Below are positions 18,928 to 26,487 of a DNA stretch of 32,000 bases, one piece after another. The notes below the pieces were generated by a model. The model was not told the origin of the DNA. It did not search any database and worked only from the letters and a program-made list of their open reading frames with translations. Origin of the DNA: Nostoc sp. PCC 7120 = FACHB-418 (GTDB lineage: Bacteria; Cyanobacteriota; Cyanobacteriia; Cyanobacteriales; Nostocaceae); the NCBI RefSeq assembly GCF_000009705.1, contig NC_003272.1:3870001-3902000 (forward strand), written 5' to 3'. How positions within the stretch are numbered: the stretch's first letter is position 1; each line of letters opens with the position of its first letter. The position numbers and the translations under genes were made by a program.

Positions 18928-19274
18928 GGTAATCTCCGGTTCCTGTGTATTGAATTTTACTGAGGTTACTAAACTCACCTCACTCACAAAATCCTATAAA
19001 TTGAGCCAGGGAGATTAACCCTACTGAAGGTAGAAATGAGTACCTTAGCTTATGACAGATGTAAATATGACATTTGCAGTCCAGAAAAACACCAGTCGTG
19101 GCAAGTGCAATTTTAATTTTTTGCCACCAGAAATCAGGCTTCAAAGTACGTATCTAGCACTTAAAATATTTTATACGTTTATCCCTCTGTTTGCTTAGAA
19201 TAATTTGTGTACTTTATTTTTATACATGAAATATAAGCATATATATTTTACGACTACTGATATATCAATAAATA

Positions 19275-19350
19275 AACATCTAAATTTTTAAATTTTCAAA
19301 CATTTAAATGTCGACAAATAAATAGAATGTCCAGACATTTAGATGTCGAG
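19275..19350. promoter_or_regulatory. three copies of an ACAT(C/T)TAAATGT-type palindromic motif upstream of parA (candidate operator or centromere-like iterons)
   Basis: AACATCTAAATT (19275-19286), ACATTTAAATGTCGAC (19300-19315, perfect 12-bp palindrome) and GACATTTAGATGTCGAG (19334-19350). All lie in an AT-rich region 30-110 bp upstream of the ParA ATG. Confidence 0.45.
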
Positions 19351-19382
19351 TTATGATAACGTGTATTATTTATGTATAAAAA

Positions 19383-19973
19383 ATGATTATTACTGTAGCG
19401 GCGTTTAAAGGCGGTGTCGGTAAATCTACGACTGCGTTGCACTTAGCCACTTACCTCCAGATGAAAGCAGACACACTGTTGGTGGATGGTGATTTAAACC
19501 GCAGTGCGTTAGATTGGTCAAATCGAGGTTCTTTACCTTTTAAGGTGGCTGATGAGAAGCAGGCGGTCGGTTTAGCGGGGCTTTATGAGCATATAGTGAT
19601 CGACACGCCAGCCCGTCCAGACACAGAAGAACTCAAAACTTTGGCTAAAGGATGCGATTTATTAGTTATACCAACAACACCAGATGCGATCGCTTTAGCT
19701 GCGACTTTCAATCTAGTTAATTTACTTAGTAAATTTAAAATTAAGTATAAAATATTGCTTAATATTGTACCTCCAAATCCCAATAAAACCGGGGAGGAAG
19801 CGAGAACAACTCTTTTAAATGCGGAACTGCCTGTATTTAAGTCAGGAATTCGTCGCTTGGCGGTGTTCCAACGTGCTGCTTTAGAAGGGGTTCCAGTCAA
19901 CGCGGTTAAAGACCCTTATGCCCAAATTGCTTGGCGATGCTACGCCGAGGTGGGAAAGGAAATATTAGACTGA
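19383..19973 (+). CDS. parA: ParA-family (small type Ib-like) partition ATPase
   Basis: 196 aa with the deviant Walker A motif KGGVGKST and ParA/Soj-like layout. Confidence 0.85.
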   Translation: MIITVAAFKGGVGKSTTALHLATYLQMKADTLLVDGDLNRSALDWSNRGSLPFKVADEKQAVGLAGLYEHIVIDTPARPDTEELKTLAKGCDLLVIPTTPDAIALAATFNLVNLLSKFKIKYKILLNIVPPNPNKTGEEARTTLLNAELPVFKSGIRRLAVFQRAALEGVPVNAVKDPYAQIAWRCYAEVGKEILD

Positions 19974-20008
19974 TTCGTAATTTATAATTCTTAATTGGGT
20001 AGGATGCC

Positions 20009-20296
20009 TTGAATAATCAGAAAAAAACCAGCCGTTTCGATGATTTAATTGATGCTGCCCGCAGCCGTCAACAGCGAGACCAGCCACAGTCAACGCCAGA
20101 TAAACCGACTTCCCAAAGCAAAAGCACTGACCCAGCTTATACCCGGACAACTATTTATTTACCAAAGCAAGTACATCGCCAACTTAAAGCAGCAGCAGCG
20201 TCCCAAGAGCGACAAATGAGCGATATTGTGACGGAACTTATTGAACAGTGGCTAGAGAAGAAGCAGGGGGAAGAACTAATGACCGATGACCAATAA
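20009..20296 (+). CDS. ribbon-helix-helix (ParG/CopG-like) DNA-binding protein, probable ParA partner
   Basis: 95 aa with a TTG start. It has a disordered basic N-terminus and then TIYLPKQVHRQLKAAAASQERQMSDIVTELIEQWL, an RHH pattern. Confidence 0.6.
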   Translation: MNNQKKTSRFDDLIDAARSRQQRDQPQSTPDKPTSQSKSTDPAYTRTTIYLPKQVHRQLKAAAASQERQMSDIVTELIEQWLEKKQGEELMTDDQ

Positions 20297-20830
20297 CTAA
20301 AGTACAATATCTTCGCCTTGTTCGGTGAAGCGCACTTCTTTAATCTTCCATTGAGAATTACTGGTTAAGGTTTTACGGAGGCTGCCAAATAAGGCAAATT
20401 GTTCGCAGCTAGAGAGTGAGACGAATTGTCGCTTTGATTGGGGTGAGAGTCTTAAATCAACTGTGGCAATGCCGTTCCTGACTCTGACACGATAACCGGA
20501 TAGGTTAAAGTCGGCGGTATCTTGTTCCTTAATGATTTTACCCACAGCGTTAGTCACAGATTGGGTGGCAGGTACAGTAACTTTTTGTGGCACAAATTCT
20601 TGACATTGGACATCACTAGTATAAAGAGTAACGTTTACTGTTTTACCAGAGACGGCTTTAGGTTCAATGTTATTGGTTTTGGCTCGTAGTTGAGCCATGC
20701 TTGGTGCAGGTTTTGGGGATATTGTATTTGTTGTGTTGCTGGGGTTTGAACTACAACTGCTGAGGCTAGCGATCGCCACCATCATAAATGGTAAAAGACA
20801 CCTGTTGTTCATTTTCATCATCTTGTTCAT
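20297..20830 (-). CDS. GerMN-domain lipoprotein
   Basis: From ATG 20830: MNKMMKMNNRCLLPFMMVAIASLSSC gives a signal peptide plus lipobox (LSSC). The C-terminal region resembles GerMN (spore-germination-like) domains. Confidence 0.6.
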   Translation of the reverse strand: MNKMMKMNNRCLLPFMMVAIASLSSCSSNPSNTTNTISPKPAPSMAQLRAKTNNIEPKAVSGKTVNVTLYTSDVQCQEFVPQKVTVPATQSVTNAVGKIIKEQDTADFNLSGYRVRVRNGIATVDLRLSPQSKRQFVSLSSCEQFALFGSLRKTLTSNSQWKIKEVRFTEQGEDIVL

Positions 20831-21061
20831 ATTTCTTTCTCTTGACTCCAGTATGGCTGCCAGGGATTCCGTATAAATTTGCGATAAATTGTGAAAGAAA
20901 GCTTGGCTTTGTGGGTCATTATTCAACAAAATTATTGGTTTATTCCCCTTGATGGCTAAGGCAATTTCGGAAGCAGTACCAGCACCCACACCACAGGCAA
21001 TTATCACATCACTAGAAAGCACATTAAACTTTACTTCTTGGCTGTTATTAGCTATCTTCAA
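20831..21061 (-). pseudogene. C-terminal fragment of a TIGR00725/LOG-like (Rossmann, lysine-decarboxylase-like) gene, N-terminal half missing
   Basis: FNVLSSDVIIACGVGAGTASEIALAIKGNKPIILL matches only the second half of that family. In-frame sequence upstream of about 21045 has no similarity. The fragment runs in frame into the lipoprotein ORF. Confidence 0.5.
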
Positions 21062-21087
21062 ACCAAGACGGTGTTTGAGACTAGCTT

Positions 21088-22542
21088 ATGCCTGCAATTA
21101 CTTTTGATCTACGTACATCTGAGTGGGATGGTACACCAATTGACAAGTGGGAACCGTCTAAATGGAAGCAATGGAAAGCTAAACAAACTGATGAATTGGC
21201 CAAGGTAGAACGGGAATACCTGCGAATTAAACACTCCGTACAGCAGGCAAATGCAGCTTTAAGTCTAGATAGAATCAAGATTAAATTGAAACTTAGCAGC
21301 CCTAAAAGTATTGCTTTACAAGGTACTTTTCCTTGTAGACCTGGGGATGTAGGTAAACAAGGTAGTCCTAATAAGCAATATACCATTTCTTGCGGATTTC
21401 CTGCTAATGATGCCGGGGTAAAAATGGCTGTTTTGAAAGCACGAGAATTGGATTTATCGTTAATTACAAAACAATTCCAATGGACACCGGAGTTACTGGG
21501 TAAACAGGCACAAAAGATAGAATTACCAACTCAGAAGAATTCTGGAAAACTCATTGGTGAACTAATTCAAGAATATGAGCGTGAATTTTGGAAAACTCAC
21601 GAGCAAAATAGACGAGGGATTCGGACTTGGGAAACTCATTATATGAGGCATTTAAAAAAACTGCCTCAAGATTTACCAATGTCTGCTCAAGCATTAGAAA
21701 TAGCCTTAGAGAAAACTAAGCCGAATACATCAGCGAGGTTTTTTATGGTATGGCAACTAAAGAAGTTTTGTGAGTTTTGTGGAATTGATGATTTTAAAAC
21801 AATTTATGCCTATGCGACTCCTAAACCTCATCCGGCTATTCGCAAAGTTCCATCGGATGAAGAAGTTATCCAAGGATTTAACAAAATTGGTCTGCCTCTA
21901 TCAGTCTACACGAGTAGAGAGAACACTACACAGCCGGAACAATGGCAATGGGCATACGGGATGCTGGCTACCTATGGCTTAAGACCCCATGAATTATTTG
22001 CTGTGGATATAGAAGCTTTTCTGGAGCCAAAAAATACTTTTCATTTAGTAAGTTTAAATCCTAGTTTGACAGAAGGGACTAAAACCGGGGAACGGAGTTG
22101 TGGAATTCCCCCATTACATCCTCATTGGGTGGATTTATTCAAGTTAAAGAATATTAGATTTCCCTATAACGAAGGTAAATTGAATAATAAAACTGCCAAA
22201 CTGTATATCAAATTTAGAAATGCAGATATCGGTTTTAGACCTTATGATTTACGTCATGCTTATGCCATACGAGGCCATCGTTTACGAGTGCCAATAAAGA
22301 CTATGGCAGATTATATGGGACATACAGTACAAGAACATACTAAAAGTTATCAAAGATGGATGAATGAAGATACTAATTTAGAGATTTATAAGGAGGTGGT
22401 GATTCACAGACAAGGTACTAGTAAAGAAGCAATGAAAGAAAGAATCAAGGAATTGGAAGCTGAGAACTTGGCTCTCAAAGCTGAAAATGCTACACTTAGG
22501 GGTTTATTAGTTCAGCATCAATTGGGTGAATTGCTAAGTTAA
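21088..22542 (+). CDS. XisA/XisC-family site-specific tyrosine recombinase
   Basis: 484 aa. Blocks LQGTFPCRPGD..NKQY, WQWAYGMLATYGLRPHELF, KTGER..PLHP.W, RPYDLRHAYAIRGH and GHTVQEHTKSYQRW parallel, from my recollection of XisA (not a computed alignment), the heterocyst excisases. It also has a C-terminal coiled coil like XisA. Confidence 0.8.
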   Translation: MPAITFDLRTSEWDGTPIDKWEPSKWKQWKAKQTDELAKVEREYLRIKHSVQQANAALSLDRIKIKLKLSSPKSIALQGTFPCRPGDVGKQGSPNKQYTISCGFPANDAGVKMAVLKARELDLSLITKQFQWTPELLGKQAQKIELPTQKNSGKLIGELIQEYEREFWKTHEQNRRGIRTWETHYMRHLKKLPQDLPMSAQALEIALEKTKPNTSARFFMVWQLKKFCEFCGIDDFKTIYAYATPKPHPAIRKVPSDEEVIQGFNKIGLPLSVYTSRENTTQPEQWQWAYGMLATYGLRPHELFAVDIEAFLEPKNTFHLVSLNPSLTEGTKTGERSCGIPPLHPHWVDLFKLKNIRFPYNEGKLNNKTAKLYIKFRNADIGFRPYDLRHAYAIRGHRLRVPIKTMADYMGHTVQEHTKSYQRWMNEDTNLEIYKEVVIHRQGTSKEAMKERIKELEAENLALKAENATLRGLLVQHQLGELLS

Positions 22543-22625
22543 GAATAAGTCATTATTTCCAAATCATAACTACTGAGTTTGAATTGATATTGCTGGATGG
22601 AGATTGGGCAACATAGATACTATAG

Positions 22626-25586
22626 ATGCTGAAGTTAACTTCAAATTTGTCGCTGGTAAGTAGTATACCTATGACTGACAATCTCGTGACTATAGATAAA
22701 AATACTTATGATTCTCTTCAAGAAGAACTCATAGGACTACGCCAGGTAGTAGCAAAGACTTTAAAACCAGAGTCATTTATTGAGTATATACCTGCGGCGA
22801 TCGCTATTTTCGACAGAGAGATGCGCTACTTGCTGGCTAGTCGGCGCTGGCGAGAGGACTATAACTTAGGTGATGAGAATATCGTTGGTCGTTTCCATCA
22901 TCATGTTTGTCCAGAAATCACTTTGGGTTGGCAAAACAGATATGAGCGTTGTTTGGCGGGAAATACAGAGAAATCTGAAGAGGAAACTCTCATCCGTCGG
23001 GATGGGACTATTGATTGGGTGAAATGGGAAATAAATTCTTGGTATGAAGTATCAGGTGAGGTGGGTGGTTTAGCTGTTGTCTCTGAGGTAATTACCGCAC
23101 GTAAACAATCAGAAATGGCTTTAGCTGATAGTGAAAGACGTTTAAGAGAGACGGAAGCACGGTTACAGCGCCTAGCCGATAATCTGCCAGGGATGCTTTA
23201 TGAATTTTGCCTTAAACCTGATGGCACGATGACTTTCCCTTATGTTTCTTCTGGGTGCCTAGAACTGATAGAATGCAGTCCCCAAGAGTTACAGGATGAT
23301 GCCTCGCTCACTTTTGCCAGTACTTATCCTGAGGATATTATAGGGCTGCAAGAGGCGATCGCTAACTCTGCTAAAACTCTGCAAAACTTTGAACATGAGT
23401 GGCGTATTATCACTTCTTCAGGTCAGCTAAAATGGGTCAAAGGAGCCTCCCGACCGGAACGTAAGCCAGGAGGTGAAATCACTTGGTATGGTTATCTATT
23501 AGATGTAAGCGAACAGCAAGCCGCACTTCGTGAACGCAAACAAGCAGACCAACAACTGCAACAGCAAGCACAATTATTACAAAGTATCTGGGAAGGCGTA
23601 GATTACGGTATCTTTGTTTTGGATGTTTTGGATGATGAGGCAGAGTTTCGTTACGTTCAAATCAATCCTGCCATGTACCGAATTAGTCCTGTACCTCTTG
23701 AATCTTTCATCGGTAAGACAACGGCGGAAGCACTACCACCCGAAATTGCCAGCTTATATCGCCAACGCTATCAACAATGTATCCAGTCGAAAAAGAGCCT
23801 ATTCTTTGAGGATGATTTCTTAGTTAATGACAAAGAAACTTGGTGGCTCATTAATATTACACCCCTTGGCGATAGCAATTCACGAATTTCACAACTCATA
23901 GTGACAGCGACGGAAATTACAGAACGCAAACAAGCTGAACAAGAACGACAATTGTTTGTCTCTCTGATTGAAAATAGCAGTGACTTTATTGGTTTTGCGA
24001 CTTTAGCAGGAAAACCATTATTTCTGAATGAAGCTGGACTCAAGTTAGTTGGTCTTGATAGTTTGGACGCTTTGAAGAATCTCCACATTATGGATTTCTT
24101 CTTTCCAGAAGATCAACAATATATGGATAAACACGTTATGCGTGTGGTGAATGAGCGTGGTTTATGGCAGGGTGAATATCGTTTCCGTGACCATCAAACT
24201 AACGAAGCAATACCTGTGGACTTTAATATGTTCACTGTCAAAAATTCTGAAACTGGTAAGCCTTTGTGTTTAGCAACGGTTACTCGTGATATTCGGGAAC
24301 GTAAAAAAGTAGAAGCATTACTGCAAGAACAAGAGCAATTTTTGCGTAATATTTATGAGGGTGTTGATCAAATTATCTTTGTGGTTGATGTTTTAGAAAA
24401 CTTGGATTTTTGTTATACAGGTTGGAACTCAACAGCAGAAAAATATACAGGAATTAGTCGAAATGATGCTATTGGTAAAGCACCTGAGGATATTTTTGGC
24501 AGTATTGAAGGTGTAGTAGTGCGTCAACGATACAAGAACTGTGTAGAGGCTGGTGTTAGCATTTCTTTTGAAGAGTGTCTAACTGTCAACAATCAAGAAA
24601 CTTGGTGGTTAACTAAAATTAATCCCCTCAAGAATAGCTCAGGTAGAATTTATTGCTTGGTTGGGACAACTTTGGATATTACACAGCGTAAACAGGTAGA
24701 AATTCAGTTGCAACAACAAGCCGAAAATTTAGAAAACACTCTGCGTGAATTACAGCTTACTCAAACTCAACTTATCCATAGTGAGAAAATGTCTTCCATT
24801 GGAAATATGGTTGCAGGTGTAGCTCATGAAATCAATAATCCAGTTAACTTTATTCATGGTAATTTGATTCCAGCCAGTGAATATGCTCAAGACTTGTTAC
24901 AGCTAGTAGAACTCTATAGACTCCACTTTCCCTACCCGCCAGAAGAAATTCAGGAACTCATTATAGATATTGACTTTGATTTCCTCAAGGAGGACTTGGT
25001 TAAGCTGCTGCAATCTATGCGTATAGGAACCCAACGCATTCGAGAAATTGTCTTATCACTCCGCAATTTTTCCCGCCTTGATGAAGCTGAATTTAAGCAA
25101 GTAGATATTCATGAAGGTATCGATAGTACTCTCATGATTTTACAAAATCGTCTGAAAGCCAAGTCAGACCATCCAGAAATTTTAGTTGTTAAAGATTATG
25201 GCGATTTACCTTTAATTGATTGTTATCCTGGTCAATTAAATCAGGTATTTATGAACCTTATAAGTAATGCTATTGATGCTTTAGATGAGTCAGTTATCGG
25301 TGGTCAGTTGTCAGTTGCTACACCCACAATTTGTATTCGTAGCGAAATGTTTAATAATAATTTGGTACGAATTACTATATCAGATAATGGTGTAGGGATT
25401 CCTCCAGAAATATTATCGAAACTGTTTGACCCATTTTTTACTACTAAGTCTGTGGGTAAGGGAACTGGCTTAGGTTTATCTATTAGTTATCAAATTGTTG
25501 TGGATAGACACAATGGCAAATTATCTTGTAATTCAACACCTGGACAAGGAGCAGAATTCGTCATCGAGATTCCTATTCATCAGTGA
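22626..25586 (+). CDS. multi-PAS sensor histidine kinase
   Basis: 986 aa. At least four PAS/PAC-like repeats are separated by coiled-coil linkers ([24 protein letters not shown]). Phospho-acceptor region [10 protein letters not shown] and HATPase_c motifs [15 protein letters not shown] and GTGLGLSIS. Confidence 0.9.
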   Translation: MLKLTSNLSLVSSIPMTDNLVTIDKNTYDSLQEELIGLRQVVAKTLKPESFIEYIPAAIAIFDREMRYLLASRRWREDYNLGDENIVGRFHHHVCPEITLGWQNRYERCLAGNTEKSEEETLIRRDGTIDWVKWEINSWYEVSGEVGGLAVVSEVITARKQSEMALADSERRLRETEARLQRLADNLPGMLYEFCLKPDGTMTFPYVSSGCLELIECSPQELQDDASLTFASTYPEDIIGLQEAIANSAKTLQNFEHEWRIITSSGQLKWVKGASRPERKPGGEITWYGYLLDVSEQQAALRERKQADQQLQQQAQLLQSIWEGVDYGIFVLDVLDDEAEFRYVQINPAMYRISPVPLESFIGKTTAEALPPEIASLYRQRYQQCIQSKKSLFFEDDFLVNDKETWWLINITPLGDSNSRISQLIVTATEITERKQAEQERQLFVSLIENSSDFIGFATLAGKPLFLNEAGLKLVGLDSLDALKNLHIMDFFFPEDQQYMDKHVMRVVNERGLWQGEYRFRDHQTNEAIPVDFNMFTVKNSETGKPLCLATVTRDIRERKKVEALLQEQEQFLRNIYEGVDQIIFVVDVLENLDFCYTGWNSTAEKYTGISRNDAIGKAPEDIFGSIEGVVVRQRYKNCVEAGVSISFEECLTVNNQETWWLTKINPLKNSSGRIYCLVGTTLDITQRKQVEIQLQQQAENLENTLRELQLTQTQLIHSEKMSSIGNMVAGVAHEINNPVNFIHGNLIPASEYAQDLLQLVELYRLHFPYPPEEIQELIIDIDFDFLKEDLVKLLQSMRIGTQRIREIVLSLRNFSRLDEAEFKQVDIHEGIDSTLMILQNRLKAKSDHPEILVVKDYGDLPLIDCYPGQLNQVFMNLISNAIDALDESVIGGQLSVATPTICIRSEMFNNNLVRITISDNGVGIPPEILSKLFDPFFTTKSVGKGTGLGLSISYQIVVDRHNGKLSCNSTPGQGAEFVIEIPIHQ

Positions 25587-26041
25587 ATTGTGTTGATTGC
25601 TTTACCAAACTATTTGTAAACTCAAAATAAACCCTGGTAATATATCTTCCCCAGATAATTGTGTTGGGTATGCTAATATTTCTACGGGGTTGTGGGGATG
25701 TGCCATGATATTTGATGATAACAAATCCGATTTGGGAAAATATATTTGATTGTTTGTATTGTTGGGGTGTGTCAACCATATTGTGGTGGTTGAATTATAT
25801 TTTTGGCGTAACCATATTGGGGTGGTGTGCCATGTATTGGATATCAACAACCCTAATTGGGGAAATTTTATTGCGGTGGGATATTTTTGTTGAGTCGGAC
25901 AAGTGTTCGGTTTTGCAACCTACCAACCTATCCAACCCGGTTTTATATTCGGAGGTCGTCACCTTCCTCGCTGGGACAGGTCTGGACTCCCTAATGTGCG
26001 CTCGATAAATTCCCACTTACCGACTCTGACTTTGGGGCGTA

Positions 26042-26170
26042 CTCACAGAATAGCCACCGCGACAACACGAAAACCAACATTGTTGTTCCGATTCGCGCGC
26101 GCGTTTCTGTTGCGATTAGCACAGCGACAGTTCCTGGCATTGTTGTTCCACGAACCGCCACGCAGCAGCT
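26042..26170 (-). repeat. DGR template repeat (TR), non-coding copy
   Basis: 129-nt gapless match to 26359-26487. The sense strand reads ..TGG AAC AAC AAT GCC AGG AAC TGT CGC TGT GCT AAT CGC AAC AGA AAC GCG CGC GCG AAT CGG AAC AAC AAT GTT.. with no upstream ORF. 13 of the 15 mismatches to the gene copy are at adenines of this copy. Confidence 0.75.
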
Positions 26171-26358
26171 AACGTTAACCTAATCCCATGCTCAGATTCT
26201 CAATTAATTGAGAAATCTGATTGTATATAGTGTATATTGGTTAGTAGGCAGAAATAGCAAATTTAAAAAAAAGATCGTTCCGCTTCGCTACACTAACAAA
26301 GTGTAAAGATTAAGAAGTGTAAAGGGGAAAAGGGCAAGAGAGAAAAGGGAAAGGAATC

Positions 26359-26487
26359 CTCACAGAATAGCCACCGCGACAACACGAAAACCAACATTGA
26401 AGAGCCGATACGCGCGCGCGTGCATGTCGCGATAAGCACAGCGACAGCTCCTGGCATGGCTGTGCCACGAACCGCCACGCACCAGCT
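26359..26487 (-). repeat. DGR variable repeat (VR) at the 3' end of the caspase/FGE-sulfatase gene
   Basis: Counterpart of the TR. Codons CAC AGC CAT .. AGC .. TAT .. GAC ATG CAC .. TAT .. CTC TTC replace the TR AAC/AAT/AGA codons. The last 41 nt, including the stop codon, are identical to the TR. Confidence 0.75.

Noticed and set aside
20831-21061. Treating 20297..21061 as one 254-aa protein
   Set aside because: The N-terminal 77 residues match only half of an unrelated enzyme family and start at a weak TTG. The lipoprotein signal peptide begins at an internal ATG (20830) with its own upstream purine tract.
25990-25997. 8-nt match (TAATGTGC) to the reverse complement of the truncated-gene junction near 21028, considered as a possible recombination core
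   Set aside because: It is in inverted rather than direct orientation, and an 8-mer match is expected by chance in 32 kb on two strands.
25573-26172. Five overlapping short ORFs (25573..25779-, 25602..25850-, 25712..26008+, 25795..26016-, 25903..26172+) as possible RT/Avd remnants
   Set aside because: None shows RT or Avd motifs and they overlap each other in different frames. 25903..26172 is the antisense reading of the TR. The region is better explained as non-coding.
26265-26305. Intrinsic terminator for the caspase/FGS gene (hairpin 26289-26305 plus T8 run at 26265-26272 on the minus strand)
   Set aside because: The hairpin and the T-run are separated by about 16 nt and the intervening sequence does not form a convincing stem, so I did not list it as a terminator feature.
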